From contig OX597818.1 in NCBI GenBank assembly GCA_951406725.2, positions 18,414,001-18,478,000 on the forward strand: 64,000 bases of DNA. Direction: 5' to 3'. A program made the translations under genes and the position numbers. Numbering within the stretch: the stretch's first letter is position 1; each line of letters starts with the position of its first letter. This document shows, piece after piece, positions 41,300 to 55,614 of this stretch. Under the pieces are notes generated by a model. That model was given only the letters and a program-made list of their open reading frames with translations, was not told the DNA's origin and did no database searches. This DNA comes from Octopus vulgaris. Taxonomy: Eukaryota.

Positions 41300-41692
41300 T
41301 ATGTATGTTTGTCTAAAGTAAATAGGTCTTAAATCTCTAATATTCACATGTTTTCCGTAAGACATTTATTAATTATAATAACGGTTTTAGTAACGCCGCC
41401 GACAACCGTACGGATTATTTTGACTCTGTTTTTGTTCTTACTTATAAAGCCATTACTACAAGTTCTCTTCATAATCAAAAGATTGACAGGGTAATGTCCT
41501 CTGGTGAGTGGTCAACGAACCCGTTGGCGTGGCTGTGTGGTAAGAAGTTCGCTTCCTAACTACTTGGATCCGGGTTCAGTCCCAGTTCGTGTCACCTTGG
41601 ATAAGCGTCTTGGGTAAGTGTACTATAGCATCGGGCCACCAAATCTTAGTTATTTGGAAGACGGTAACTGAAAGTAGCTCATCGTACATAAA

Positions 41693-42305
41693 TCTATATC
41701 TATAAAAGTCAGGTTGTGTGTATATGTGTGTGTGTAAACCCGGAGAACTTCTGAAGTTCAAAACTGATTTTCTCCAAAATTGAACATACATTACTGATGT
41801 TCCACAGATGGTTTCAGATTCTATAAATTTTTCGCATACTGAGTAACGGGCCCTCTGGGAGCTGAAAATATCCTTATTTTTGTCAAGTAATTCATTACTA
41901 CATATTCTCGTTTAATTGCATAGGCTCAGTTTGTTTCATATTCTACAGCCACGACAGCAATTCAACGTCAACCCTTCGCCTTCTGCAACATTTCAACAGT
42001 TAAATACCCCGGTCCTGTCTCCCATTGCAACTCCTTTCCGGAATGTACCCATTTACGACAATATTACACCTTCATTCATTCATTCGACTGTCAACTATAC
42101 GATGGGTCGTGTTAGACGCAGCGCTGACCGCTGCAAAGGAGAGTATATCACCGATAAATTTTCAGTGCGTTCAAAAATCACATGCTCCCAATTTGCCATG
42201 ACACGCTACGGCCTGTTATTCTTCACTTAGTCGAATTAGCCCATCATTTATTCCATAAATGTATTGTCGTCAATGCTGTACTTTCTCGTATCACGTTTCA
42301 ACATA

Positions 42306-42392
<87 letters not shown>

Positions 42393-42447
42393 CATACACA
42401 CAAACTATGCCATTTTAATCCCGAACAACGTCGGGTATCTATGCTAG
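41693..42447 (+). mobile_element. Non-autonomous Helitron (second family)
   Basis: A|TCtatatctataaaag start; cccgaacaacgtcggg hairpin and CTAG|T end. Confidence 0.85.
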
Positions 42448-42491
42448 TGTATATATATACATATGTACATACATACATACATACATACATA

Positions 42492-42530
<39 letters not shown>

Positions 42531-42563
42531 ATATATATATATATTTTTTTTTCTCTCTGTGTA

Positions 42564-42601
42564 TCTTTCTGTTGAAGAGCGTAGGCTTGAAACGTTAAAG
42601 A
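42564..42601 (+). ncRNA. Hammerhead-like motif, family H1 copy 2
   Basis: UCUUU CUGUUGA A GAGC-GUAG-GCUU GAAAC GUU AAAGA. Confidence 0.5.
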
Positions 42602-43098
42602 CTTGTTTTATTTATATTTCCTGAGCGCCATACTAATACAATTGTTTGTTTGTTTCCACCTGCTTTCGTCTTTTGTCTATTTTCATAAAGCTTCCCGTTA
42701 TATATATATATATATATATACATATTGATATATACGTATATAAACGTGTGTGTTTGTGTGTCTGTTTGGAGTTGAGTTTCTCCCCCGCCACCACTTGGTG
42801 TACTTAAGTCCCCGTAACTTATAGAATAGGTACCAGGCTTTAAAAGAAGGACTGGGGTAGATTCATTCGTAAAAGTTCTTGAAGGCTACCAACTCAGTAG
42901 AAGACGAATCCAGTAAAAGATGAAAGAAAAAAGATACATAAATACGCGAGAGCATACACACATACATACATGCATACATACATACATACATACATACATA
43001 CATACATACACAGACACATACATACATACATACATACATACACAGACACATACATACATACATACATACATACATACATACATACATACATACATACA

Positions 43099-43131
<33 letters not shown>

Positions 43132-43949
43132 CCCTTATCGTATGATAAAAGGCAGATTTTCTCTGCCTCTTCCCATGTTTCTTTTTAATACAATTCTACA
43201 ATATAGAATTTCTTCAATTGGAATAAACCTATGATTTTTCCAAGTAGATTCGATTGGGTCATGACATGTAAAGTTTCTTTCAATTTGACCCACAAATTTT
43301 ACGATTTGCCTCTCTCATTTCAAGTGGTTTACTCCTGCTATTACCACCGCACTTTCTCCTACTTTCTCTTTGCAAGTGTGAAACTATTAAAGTGAAAGTA
43401 TTTATATAACAGGGATAAACCATTAATACTGGTCATCCTTTTTGGTAGAGGAAGATCCGCTATGGTCTTATATGCTACACCACTGGTTTTCAATTCATAT
43501 TAATCAAATTAATATTCAATTATTCACCCTTATTATGTGTGTGTGTGTGTGTGTGTGTATTAGCAATTCGTCTAAAATTGCATCAATGAATTTCGCTGCA
43601 GCCGTACACTTCTATACAAGAGGGAGGACAAGATCCAATTGATCGAAATTGCAAGAGACAGGCCTACAATTCCAGTCTGTTATATATTTTGAGTATCGTT
43701 ATCACTAGCGATATCAAGATATAACTTTGTATTTTGTATTTTATGTGTAGATGTATATATATAGATCTACATGTAATATGTACACATATATATACACATA
43801 TATACATGCATAATATATCTACCCATACACACATACGCACGCACACACACACACACATACGTAGGGGCAGGTGTGGCTGTGTGGTAACAAACTACGTTCC
43901 AAACACATGGTCCTGGGTTCAGTCCCACTGTGTAGTGACTTGGCATGTG

Positions 43950-45400
43950 TAGGCACAAACACTCTGTCTTCACATTTGCTGCGTGAGACATGTTTTAATG
44001 TTGACGAGCTTGCCGAGTACATAGCCGACAATGAGCCAAAGCCCCTTCCAGAACAGAAGTTCGCTTACAACTCCGTTGTTAATTTAGTCCGGGCCAAAGG
44101 TGGTGCGATTTTTTTCCTGGACGCTCCTGGGGGCACTGGGAAAACTTTTGTCAACAAATTAATATTGGCTGAGATTAGGCGAACACAAGGCATTGCCCCA
44201 GCTGTGGCATCATCTTGAATTGCGGCTACTTTGTTGCCAGGCGGCAGGACAGCTCACTCCACTTTCAAGCTCCCGCTTGACTTAGCGAAGACTGAGACAC
44301 CAACTTGCAACATCAGTAAGAGCTCCGATCAGGCAGAAGTCTTCAGACGATGCAAGCTTATCGTTTGGGATGAATGCACGATGGCCCACAGACGTGCTCT
44401 TGAGGCACTAGATAGATCTCTCAGAGACATCAAACACTCTTCAGCTCCCATGGGAGGCATAACACTTCTTCTTTCAGGGGAGTTCCGACAAACACTTCCG
44501 GTTTTTCCCAAAGGAACTAGAGCTGATGCAGTAAGTGCGTGTCTTAAGTCATCAACATTGTGGCCACTGGTGAAGACTCTCAAACGTCACACCAATATGC
44601 GTGCTCATATGTGACGTGATATCACATCAGCAGCATTTTCTCACACCCTCCTTGCACTTGGCTAAGGCAAAATACCAGGGGATGAAAATGGTAATATTGC
44701 CATCGATTCCATTTGTACCATTGTTAAAACGCCTTCTGATCTCAGATATGCAGTGTTCCCAGATCTACCAGCTAATTATCAGAATATGGATTGGATTGGC
44801 CAAAGGGCTATTCTGGCCCCGAGGAATAAAACTGTTCACCATATTAATGATGAAATGCTAAAACTCATTCCTGGGGATGTCTATGTATATAAGTATATTG
44901 ATACAACCCCTGACCCAGAGGACGTCATCAACTATCCAATAGAGGTACTCAATTCCTTTGAGCCCCCCGGACTACCACCACACATTCTCAAACTTAAAGT
45001 TGGTGCCCCTATAATGCTCATTAGAAATTTGGTTCCCCCAAATCAATGCAGTGGCACACGTTTCATCGTTAAGTCCTTATCTCCCAATCTGATTGAGGCC
45101 ACCATTATCACAGGGTGCGGTCGAGGCAACGTTGTGCTCATACCTAGGATGCATCTGTTCCCATCAGGAGCAGACCTACCTTTCATATTTCGGAGGCCCC
45201 AGTTCCCAGTAAGGCCATGCTTCGCAATGTCAATTAACAAGGTGCAGGGTCAAACACTGTCTGTGGCGGGAATACATTTGGGAGAGCCATGTTTCTCTCA
45301 TGGTCAGCTTTATGTTGCCTGCTCGCGTGTCGGCAGCAACAGTGATGCTTTCGCATTCGTTCCACATTGTGTACAAGGAGGTTTTATAGGATTACGTTTC
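43950..45400 (+). pseudogene. Helitron-type PIF1 helicase pseudogene
   Basis: One frame with three stops: FLDAPGGTGKTF, GGRTAHSTFKLP, IVWDECTM, GEFRQTLP, LKVGAPIMLIRNL, QFPVRPCFAMSINKVQGQTL, GQLYVACSRV. Confidence 0.92.
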
Positions 45401-46242
45401 ATCATTTTCGAACACGTTAGTATTTCACTTACATACGACTCTCTTTTATGATGGAATTTACATTTTTAGGCGGTTCATGACATTAATTCACACTTAACCA
45501 ACACCTGTCCTTCGCTCACCTCTATTTCTATCCATTCATCATCAAACCACCAGCCTCATCTTCTATATCCAACGTACATGACACATCTACCCCCTACATA
45601 TACACTCTAACTGTTAAGGTTTACATAAGCGATCGCAACATACACTTTGGAAACTAAGCAACAGATCATTGTATACAACAACAAATTTAATCATAACGCC
45701 CATCAATGAAAACATCTCCACCACTGTGTTGTGATTCATCTATTCAGCACCACTACAGTCTTGCCGGTCTGACATATATAACTAAACAGGTACTAAGTCG
45801 GTTACGACGGTAAGAGTTCCAGTTCATCTTAACAACTAAGTAGCTGCTCATAAAAGTAGCGTGCAAGTGGGTGGGCGCACCACAGACAGGCGCACTCTTG
45901 ACGTAGATTTTCAAGGAGGTTCAGCTTGACACAGAATGCTGCAAGGCTGACTGTGTGAATGACAGCTGTAACTCATTTTTACGCGCTGAGTGGAGTGAAG
46001 AAACGGATACTAGGTGCTACCGCCGGATATCAAACTCACGACCATGAGCCAAACACCGGAACCACTTAGCCACGCACTTTCATATATATCATATCACGCA
46101 CGCGCACACACGCACACATACCCATACGCATGTATATGTATATTTATATGAGCACGCATGCGGTTGGGAATGAAAATGTACGTGAGTTTGTGTATACATA
46201 CACACACAAATATGTATGCATGTATAGATACATATGCGTATG

Positions 46243-46337
<95 letters not shown>

Positions 46338-46341
<4 letters not shown>

Positions 46342-46567
46342 AAACAAGTAAAGATAGAAAATGCAAAAATAATTTTATAAAGAACATTTCAGTACCGGTT
46401 TCGGTCATTTGAGACCTTTTCAACTATAACAATTAAAAAATTAAATTTAGAAAAATTAACAGAAAAGTTTTTTTAAAAGAATATTTGTATAGTGTTCAAA
46501 TATAAGTGGCATTTTCCTTGTTTCTGCCTTTCTCTGTCTGTCTTGTTTACTCTTATGGGTTCAAGTT

Positions 46568-46570
<3 letters not shown>
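46338..46570 (-). mobile_element. Family H2 repeat (uninterrupted copy) with hammerhead-like motif at 46390-46426
   Basis: UAG UUGAAAA GGUC-UCAAAU-GACC GAAA CCGG UA CUG; flanked by (TA)n. Confidence 0.7.
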
Positions 46571-46618
<48 letters not shown>

Positions 46619-46770
46619 AATATATATATGTACATGTATATATAAATATATATATATACACATATACATATATACATATTCTATATCCATTTTTATATAT
46701 TATACATGTACATGCACGCATACACACCCATGCACACATATATAAATGTGTGCGTGTGTTGTAGAAGAAG

Positions 46771-46848
<78 letters not shown>

Positions 46849-47169
46849 GTACTCCTGAGTTAGCCATGGACTGAATTGCTCTCAGCTGAATGTTATACCT
46901 AATTATATTCCCAGTTTAAACTGTTTCTTATACACTGAGTTGCCCTGATATCCCTACAGATACCTGTTTAAAAATGGAGCATCGCTTTAAACATATCGTT
47001 CTGCATATACATGCGCGTACATACATACCTGCATATATGTGTGTATAAACAAACGCACATCTATATATGCATGCATGTATTAACATATAGTACGTATATA
47101 TTTGTATGTATCACTCTTTAACTGTCTCCCTGTGTATATATATATATACATACATATACACACACACAC

Positions 47170-47220
<51 letters not shown>

Positions 47221-47239
47221 CATACGTGTGCGTATATAC

Positions 47240-48042
47240 ATGTTCTCCGTGTTTTTTTGTTGTTGTCGCAAACATTCGCTAACTTCATAACAAAGAATCT
47301 AATGCTCTAAGCTTGCAATTTTTTTGGGTGGGGGCAATCAGATCGGACAGTCTCAAGTGTAACTGTCCGAAAGTGTAAGGACATCTGGTAACTTGACTGA
47401 CGAAAGAATCCCACAAATGACCCGTCCTTTTTTTCCTGTCCCTCTAATTGTTGTCTTTCCTGTCGGCCTTTGTATCATCTGTCTGTCAGGTTCTTCTATT
47501 GTCCTCTGTTGCGTTTTTGTTCCATTTTTCATATATATCGTTTATGTCCCCTGTACCTTTTCTGTTGTCTCTTTGACTTTTTCTAATTCTTCAATCCCGC
47601 TTCCCCTTAATCATCCCTCCCCCGTCCACGTGACCGATTTCCAGCCAGCCATGATCTTTCCTTCTTGGCCTGACTGCCGACCGCAACACCACTTATGTCC
47701 ATCTCTTATGTTCCTGCCTTTAGGCCTTCACTTTATACACTCCAGCTCAGTTTGATTCGTCCTCAGTCGGAAGACACTTGTTGTTATATTCTTGTTGTTT
47801 GTATTTGTAACTATGTACCATGTTCTCCGTATTTTATTCTTTGTTGCCGTACACAAAAAATCTAATGCTCTTAGCTTGGACTTTTTTGGGGGGCAACCAG
47901 ATCGAACAGTCTCAAGTGTAACTGCTCGAAACTGTAAGGACATCTGGTAACTTAACTGACAAAAGAAGGCTACGAATAACCCGTCCTTTTTCCTATCCCT
48001 CTAATTGTTGTCTTTACTTCCGTTTTGTATCGTCTATCGTCT
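47240..48042 (+). repeat. Unclassified repeat in partial tandem (direct repeats ~47290-47490 and ~47850-48040); third copy ~51180-51625
   Basis: Shared aatctaatgctct...cagtctcaagtgtaactg...aaggacatctggtaactt...cccgtcc. Confidence 0.75.
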
Positions 48043-48328
48043 ACATACATGCATACATACATACATACATACATACATACATACATACATACACGCATAC
48101 ATACATACATACATACATACATACATACATACATACATACACACATACATACATACATACATGCATGCATGCATGCATACATACATACATAGTACATACA
48201 TACATACATATATAATATATATAATTAGAAACAGGGCAAACTTTACGCAGACTGAAAATATGATGGGCAACCTTAATCTATTTTCGAAACTTATTGGGTT
48301 CTCATCAGCGGCGTCAGCATCATGCTGA

Positions 48329-48411
<83 letters not shown>

Positions 48412-48491
48412 ATACATTTATATATATGTATATAGATAAATATATATATACATATAAATATGCATATATATATTGTGTATATATATATATA

Positions 48492-48685
48492 TGATAGATC
48501 GTTAGCCACTACACACATTTTTCCTCTCCTTGTTTCTTTCCTTGTTTTTTCTCTGTCCATTTCATTAGAAGAGCGTAGGCTCGAAACGTAAAAGATTTTT
48601 CTATTCCTGAGCGTTATACTAATACATCTGTTTGTTTTGTTCACCACTTGTCTTCGTCTTTTGTTTTTTTCGTAAACTTTCCCTA
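48492..48685 (+). mobile_element. Family H1 repeat copy 3 (core decayed)
   Basis: agagcgtaggctcgaaacgtaaaaga retained at ~48570-48595. Confidence 0.65.
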
Positions 48686-49054
48686 TATATACATATATAT
48701 ATATATATACTCTATGCATGCGGGATTCCGGTCAAGCGTTCTGTATCTAGTTCTGGAAATTATGTTTGTAAACGACAGACTATGCTGATGATCTTGCAGA
48801 TGTTCGCGTATACATATACGTGAATATTAACAAATGAAACTGATTAGTACATAGGTAATCGTTTTTTATTTCGTATATTTTCATTTGTCTTGCTTATTTT
48901 TGACACTTTGGTTTTTTGCTGAGTTTATTGACTGTCCACTTTTAGTGGTCAGTCCTTTAAATTTTGTATGTAAAAAATATTTTAATCTTCGGATTTTTTT
49001 AATATGCTAGGCTACTGGTTTTAATTGATTAATATCAATTTCTACCCTTATTCA

Positions 49055-49088
<34 letters not shown>

Positions 49089-49371
49089 GCATGCTGTGTA
49101 TAAGGGCTTGTGTGTATGTGTGTAAGTGCATGTGTGTGTGCTTGTGTGCGTGTATGGTGGTTGAAATTATATATAAATTTATATACAATGTCAGTGGGTA
49201 AATAAACAATTATATACACTTATATACACTACATCAATTCAATATAATTGTTTGAAATAAGTACATCACTAATAGCAATGGTGGCACCAAAAACACTGCT
49301 GTTTCTAACAATAGCAACAACAACATCAACAAGAACAGCATCAACACCAGCAACAACAAGATCAACAACAA

Positions 49372-49448
<77 letters not shown>

Positions 49449-50063
49449 GTAGCAGCAGCAACAAGAAGATGAAGAAGAAAATCAACAATAATTAAGGACG
49501 AACATAGCAAGAGGGGAGGATGTGTTTTAACGTGATGCTGTATGAATACTAAAAAAAAAAAACCCATATATATGCACCAGCAAAATTCACTATGAAAACT
49601 ATAAAAAATATATTCCAACAATTTTGCAGTAATTCACGCTTGAAATGCACTCGGCAAAATATCAAGTTTTGTAAGGGGTAGTGTGTGTTTACGCACAATT
49701 AAATGTGCTCTCAGTTCAAGTACACATACACACATTCACATATCAGCCATAATAATAATAAAAAAAATATTCATACATACATACATACATACATACATAC
49801 ATACATACGTACATATATATATATATATATACATGGATGCGTCAATGCATACATATATACATACAGAGATGTGAGTGTGTGTGTTAGTGTGTATGTGTGT
49901 GCGCTCGCATGAGGGTAGCTGTGTGTATTTGTGTAGTATGTCTGTTCGTAAACGCTTCAAAGCTGCAGTATTTTGTCTCAGGGAAGCCCATATAAAGACG
50001 TATCGTGATAATAAAAAAACCATCATATCACAAATATAGGCGAAATGAAATTCATCTATCTAT

Positions 50064-50101
<38 letters not shown>

Positions 50102-50389
50102 CCGTAAAAATGTTTTAGCCCGAAGGCCGCGGTCATATATATATATATTTTTTTTTAAAGTATGCAATGCAGAAGAAAAGTGTTACTATTTATTTCAGTA
50201 CTCTAATTACGTTTTGGAACGGCTGAGAGGCTTTTGTATGTCATTTATCTCGTAACTGGTTTATGATACATAAGGCTTACATGCAAGGGTTTTTCCAGTT
50301 TACATGCAAAATGAATATGATTGAATATAATCATCATCATCGGATTGTGCTTCATTTTATTATAGACCTTGTCTTTCACTGACATTTAT

Positions 50390-50992
50390 ATCTTTATTGC
50401 CCACAAGGGGCTAAACATAGAGGAGACAAACAAGGGCAGACGAAGGGATTAAGTTGATTACATCGACTCCAGCGTGTAACTGGTACTTAATTTATGGACC
50501 CCGAAAGGATGGAAGGCAAAGTCGACCTCGGCGGAATTTGAACTCAGAACGTAACGCCAGATGAAATACCTATTGCTATTTCTTTACTACCGACAATGGG
50601 CTAAACACAGAGAGGGCAAACAAAGATAGACAAACGGATTAAGTCGATTATATCGACCCCAGTGCGTAACTGGTACTTATTTAATCGACCCCGAAAGGAT
50701 GAAAGGCAAAGTCGACCTCGGCGGAATTTGAACTCAGAACGTAGCGGCAGACGAAATACCTATTTCTTTACTACTCACAAGAGGCTAAACACAGAGAGGA
50801 CAAACAAGGACAGACAAACGGATTAAGTCGATTACATCGACCCCAGTGCGTAACTGGTACTTAATTTATCGATGCCGAAAGGATGAAAGGCAAAGTCGAC
50901 CTCGGCGGAATTTGAACTCAGAACGTATCGGCAGACGAAATACCGCTAAGCATCACCCCCGGCGTGCTAACGTTTCTGCCAGCTCGCCGCCT
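50390..50992 (-). mobile_element. Family A SINE trimer (one head, three bodies)
   Basis: Three near-identical ~180-190-bp units; 5' head only on the last. Confidence 0.9.
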
Positions 50993-51633
50993 GACATTTA
51001 TCTTTCATGAACTGCAATAATTGTCTCGGCAACTAATGTGATTTGGTCTGTGTAGCGTTTTCAAAGTAGGGTGTCCTCTTTCACTTCACTCTGTCCCTTT
51101 TCTTTTTTCTCGTCCCACTTTAATTCTTCTACCCTTCTGCTTCTAACTCTCTCCTATCTTTCCACATCACCGGTGTTCGGCCAAGCCTGACCTTTCTTTT
51201 TTGGTTCGACTATCATCCGTGCAACATTTATATTCCTTCTTATGCCTGTCATATCTTATGTCCCTGCCGTAAGGCTTCACTTCTACACACTCCAGCTTAA
51301 TTTAATTCGTCCTTAGTCGAAAGACACCTGTTCTTAATGTCCAGTTGTTTATATTTGTATTTGTTTACCATTTCTTCGTATTTTTTTCGCCCTTGTTTCG
51401 TAAACATTCACTGCTTTCTTCCAAGGAATCTAGTGCTCTTAACTTAGTTTTTCCTTGGGGTCGGCCAGATTGGAGCAGTATCGAGTATAACCAGCCGAAA
51501 CTGCAAAGATAATCAGGAATTCGACTAACATAAGAAAATTCCGAAGGACCCGTCCCTGTTTTTTCTTGTCCCTTTTTGTATCATCTGTCTAGATGTCTTG
51601 TCGCCTGTTGCATTCTTGTCCCATTTGTGTGTG

Positions 51634-51664
<31 letters not shown>

Positions 51665-52275
51665 ATATATACACGAGTGTGTGTGTATGTGAGTGTGTGG
51701 GAACACACAGATAATGCTAATAAAATCTGACGCCAAAAGGTAGCAAATAAAAAAATACTAGGCGTAGTCAGGCAAACGAAAATACGTCCCTGAAAACGTA
51801 AAGCAAAAATGCAATGAACAAAGAAGTGAAAAATGTGACTCAACACACAAAGGAAGAAACAGAGGAGAATCTAAAGTTGCGAGTGATACCATTTATGAAA
51901 TAGAGGCAAAAAGAATATAAAAATGTACAACTAAAAAGGCGTTTGATTACATTGCAGGTCACAAAATATATAGATGTATACATTTATGCATCTATGTATG
52001 TATATCACGTGATCGACCAGACTCTCGGATGTTGTAATACATCGCTGGTCACAATGCACCTTACCTCATTTTAGCTTTCGAATGATGCCACCTCTCTGGC
52101 CTGGCGGGGAGGCCAACATTCACCCTGATCGGAAGGCTAGTCCGTCGCAAGGTTAGCCATTTACAGCTACGTGGACTGGAGCAACGTGAAATGAAGTGTT
52201 TTGCTCAAAAACGCAGCGCGCAGCTGCTCTGGGAATCGAAACCAACATCATACAACCGCGGGTGCAACATACCTA

Positions 52276-52324
<49 letters not shown>

Positions 52325-52358
52325 CATATATATGTGTGTGTGTGTGAGTATTTATATA

Positions 52359-53983
52359 TATGGTCAACCCATTTTAAAAACCTCCTTGGGAAGAATGCCA
52401 AAATCCCTGATAACCCCACTCTTCCAAGTGTGCCTATATCAGACACGCTGGACATCAACACCTACCCTTTTACCATATTTGAACTAACAGCAGCCACCAA
52501 GCAACTAAAACCCTCGAAAGCATTTGGTCCCGACAACATCCCAGCTGTAATTTGGAAGGATGATAGATTTCACACACTTTTGCTCAACCTCTGCAACCAC
52601 ACACTTTCCACCTTTGTCGCTCCAAAGATTTGGCACCAATCTCAAATCATTCCAATACCCCAAAAAGGCGATTTATCCCTCGTCACCAACTACAGGGGTA
52701 TATCTCTAATGTCAATTGCTGCAAAACTGTACAACAAACTGATCCTAAATTGTCTTGTCCTTTTTGTTGAACCTTTGCTCCGAAAGAACCAAAATGGATT
52801 CAGACATGGGCGCTCAACGCTGAGCCAGATACTATGCCTACGCAGACTTATTGAAGAATCAAAAGCATTTAATCACGATCTTGCAATGGTATTTGTAGAC
52901 TTTTCTAAAGCGTTCGATTCTGTAGATAGGTACAAGATGTTTGAAATCCTTAAGCTCTATGGGATACCAGACAAAATCATTTCTGCCATCAAGGTCCTCT
53001 ACACAGATACGTCTTCAACCATCTTAACCCGTGACGGAGAAACATCATCTTTCTCAATCAAAGCCGGAATACTGCAGGGAGACACACTCGCCCCATTTCT
53101 TTTCATCATTGTTGTTGATTATGTGCTACGTATGTCAGTTGATACCATCTCTGGCAAGGGCTTTGAAATAAAACCAAGAAGTTCCAGACACCCAGCTGAG
53201 TACTTGACAGACACTGACTTTGCTGACGACATCGCTCTTATCAGTGATTCTCTCTCCAATGCCCAGTCTCTTTTACAATCTCTTGAACAAGCCTCAAATT
53301 GTGTAGGTCTTTACCTCAATGAGGCCAAAACTGAATACATAAACAAGTGCTTGTCCAACAGTGATTGCATCATCCATACTCTCAACAACGCGCCCTTAAA
53401 TATGGTTTCTGATTATAAATATCTTGGGTCATACATATCCTCATCTGGAGAAGACTTTCTAACTAGAAAAGGTAAGGCCTGGTCAGCCTGTAATGACATG
53501 CATAAGATCTGGTCATCAAATCTAAGTAGAGACTTCAAACTTGAAATATTCAAAGCCACAGTCGAACCAATTCTACTATATGGCTCAGAAACCTGGACGT
53601 TATCAAAGAAGCTTGAGAGGCGGTTGGATGGAACCTACACTCGCCTCCTTATGAGAGCTCAAAATCTCTCGTGGAAGCGCCATCCAACCAAAATGCAAAT
53701 ATATGGGAAACTACCACCTGTGTCATCTCTTGTGAAAGGTAGGAGAATCCAGTTTGCTGGACATTGTTGTAGAGCTGAAAAAGAAGTAATTTCTACTCTT
53801 CTCCTCTGGAAGCCATCTACTCGCAATACCAGAGAGCGCACACTCTCCTACCCTGATGTAATCTCCAGGGATACAGGCATCCAGCAACAGGACCTCCGTA
53901 ATGCCATGATGGACCGTGAAGTCTGGCGTAGCATGGTAAATTCCATTGTCTCGACCACGGTCGAACAATGATGAATGATGATG
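52359..53983 (+). mobile_element. Young 5'-truncated RTE-clade LINE with uninterrupted RT ORF to stop at 53971
   Basis: GPDNIP, NYRGISL, QNGFR, FVDFSKAFDSV, GILQGDTLAPFLF, DFADD, YKYLGS, LLYGSETW; (TGA)n tail overlapping the stop. Confidence 0.95.
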
Positions 53984-53986
53984 GAG

Positions 53987-54043
<57 letters not shown>

Positions 54044-55039
54044 TATGTATATAGTTTTTTATGGTTGAACTAGAAGTAGATAAAGCTATAAGAAATGTAG
54101 GGTAAATTGTGCGTTAAAAACATTTTGGATAGACACTTACAGGTACATATTTTAGTGATACAAATTTTATAGAAAGAAACAGAGTGAAAAACATTTGACT
54201 TCGCATCGTTTCATACGGAATTCAGTGTGAGGAGATTATACAATTTCCAAGGTTTTATGAAATTTGCTTAGTTCATCTACTCGTACTTGTATGGATAAAA
54301 ACAAAACAAAGGAAAACAAGCAAAAAGAAACATAGCTGGTAGAGTCTTCAGACCATCGGAAAGTGGCTCGCAGCACATGTTTCTTTCCGTTACTTTATGT
54401 GTTCAAATCTTGCCGAGCTCAAATTTGCTTTCCGTTCTCGATAAAATAAACGACTGTCTAATATTGGAGTCAATGGCATTGATTAACCATCCCTCCCAAT
54501 TACTGTTGGTCTTGTGCCTCAATTAGAGACAATATTGCCTTCAGATAAAGGTGGTAGATTCGCGGAATCTATGAAACATTGGGCAACATGTCTTTACGTT
54601 GTAAATTCTATTCTGGCTCGTGATGGTTTGTTGTTGCAATAATGATAAAAGCAGCAGCTGTAAGAACATGACCATCAATTACCGTATTTTCCTGTTATTT
54701 CTGCTAGTCTTATTATTTAGCTGCAGGCCTACAATGCGTGAGCAATTCTATGACCAAAGCATTCCTGCCGGGACAGTTACGCCATAATTGATAAAACCGA
54801 TACCAGTAAAATACTAAGGTCAATGGCATAATTGATCTCCCCCAAAGGCAAATTTTTCTTCTACTCATATTGAAACTCTTCCTCTAAGAGAATATATTTA
54901 CCGTTTAGGGAATATATTTATCCTCTTAGAGAATATATTTGCCGTTTACTATGTCGTTGCCGACATTTCTCCCACGATTTTTAAGATTCTGTCAGACCAT
55001 AGTTGTATATTAATATTCGTAGTATAACGATACAAAGAA

Positions 55040-55255
55040 TGTGGCAAGCTAGCAGAATCGTTAGCACGCTGGGTGAAATGCTTAGTAGCATTTCGTCCAT
55101 CTTTAAGTTCTGAGTTCAAATTACGCTGAGTTCGAGTTTGTCTGACAGCCTTTGGGAACGTTAAAACAAGTACCAAGAGAGTACTGGGGTCGATATAATC
55201 GACTTAATCCACTTCTCCGAAATTGATGGCCTTGTGCCAAAATTTGAAACCAATA
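55040..55255 (+). mobile_element. Family A SINE (older copies at ~54330-54610 and 56625-56820)
   Basis: Family A motifs. Confidence 0.8.
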
Positions 55256-55614
55256 TAACGACATAAAGAGGGAGCTGGATAGCCAGAATCGTTAAGACGC
55301 CGAACATGTTTTCCCGAGCCATTTCTCCCTGCTAAATGAATTGGAGTAACGGGAAACGAAGTGTTTTATCCAAAAGCACACCATCTCACTCGGTCTAGGA
55401 ATTGCAAGAACACAAGAACACAAAACCTCACCCGGTTTAGGAATTGCAACACCTTAACCACTAAGCCACGCGCCTCCACAAATACACACACACACACATA
55501 CACACACAAACACACACAAACACACACACACGCTCACGCTCGTACACACACACACACAAACACACACAAACACACACGCACGCTCACGCTCGTACACACA
55601 TACACACAAAACAT

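Larger units (their letters stand above)
41526..42925 (+). mobile_element. Family B SINE hosting a Helitron and an H1 element in its internal microsatellite
   Basis: Head 41526-41690, tail ~42750-42925. Confidence 0.65.

Noticed and set aside
41497-41530. Hammerhead-like ctggtga...cgaac
   Set aside because: Core and stems are too degenerate.
43950-45400. Host PIF1 gene
   Set aside because: Intronless, has in-frame stops and Helitron-type motifs.
48775-48800. TDYADDLA RT-like peptide
   Set aside because: Isolated 8-residue match with no flanking RT similarity.
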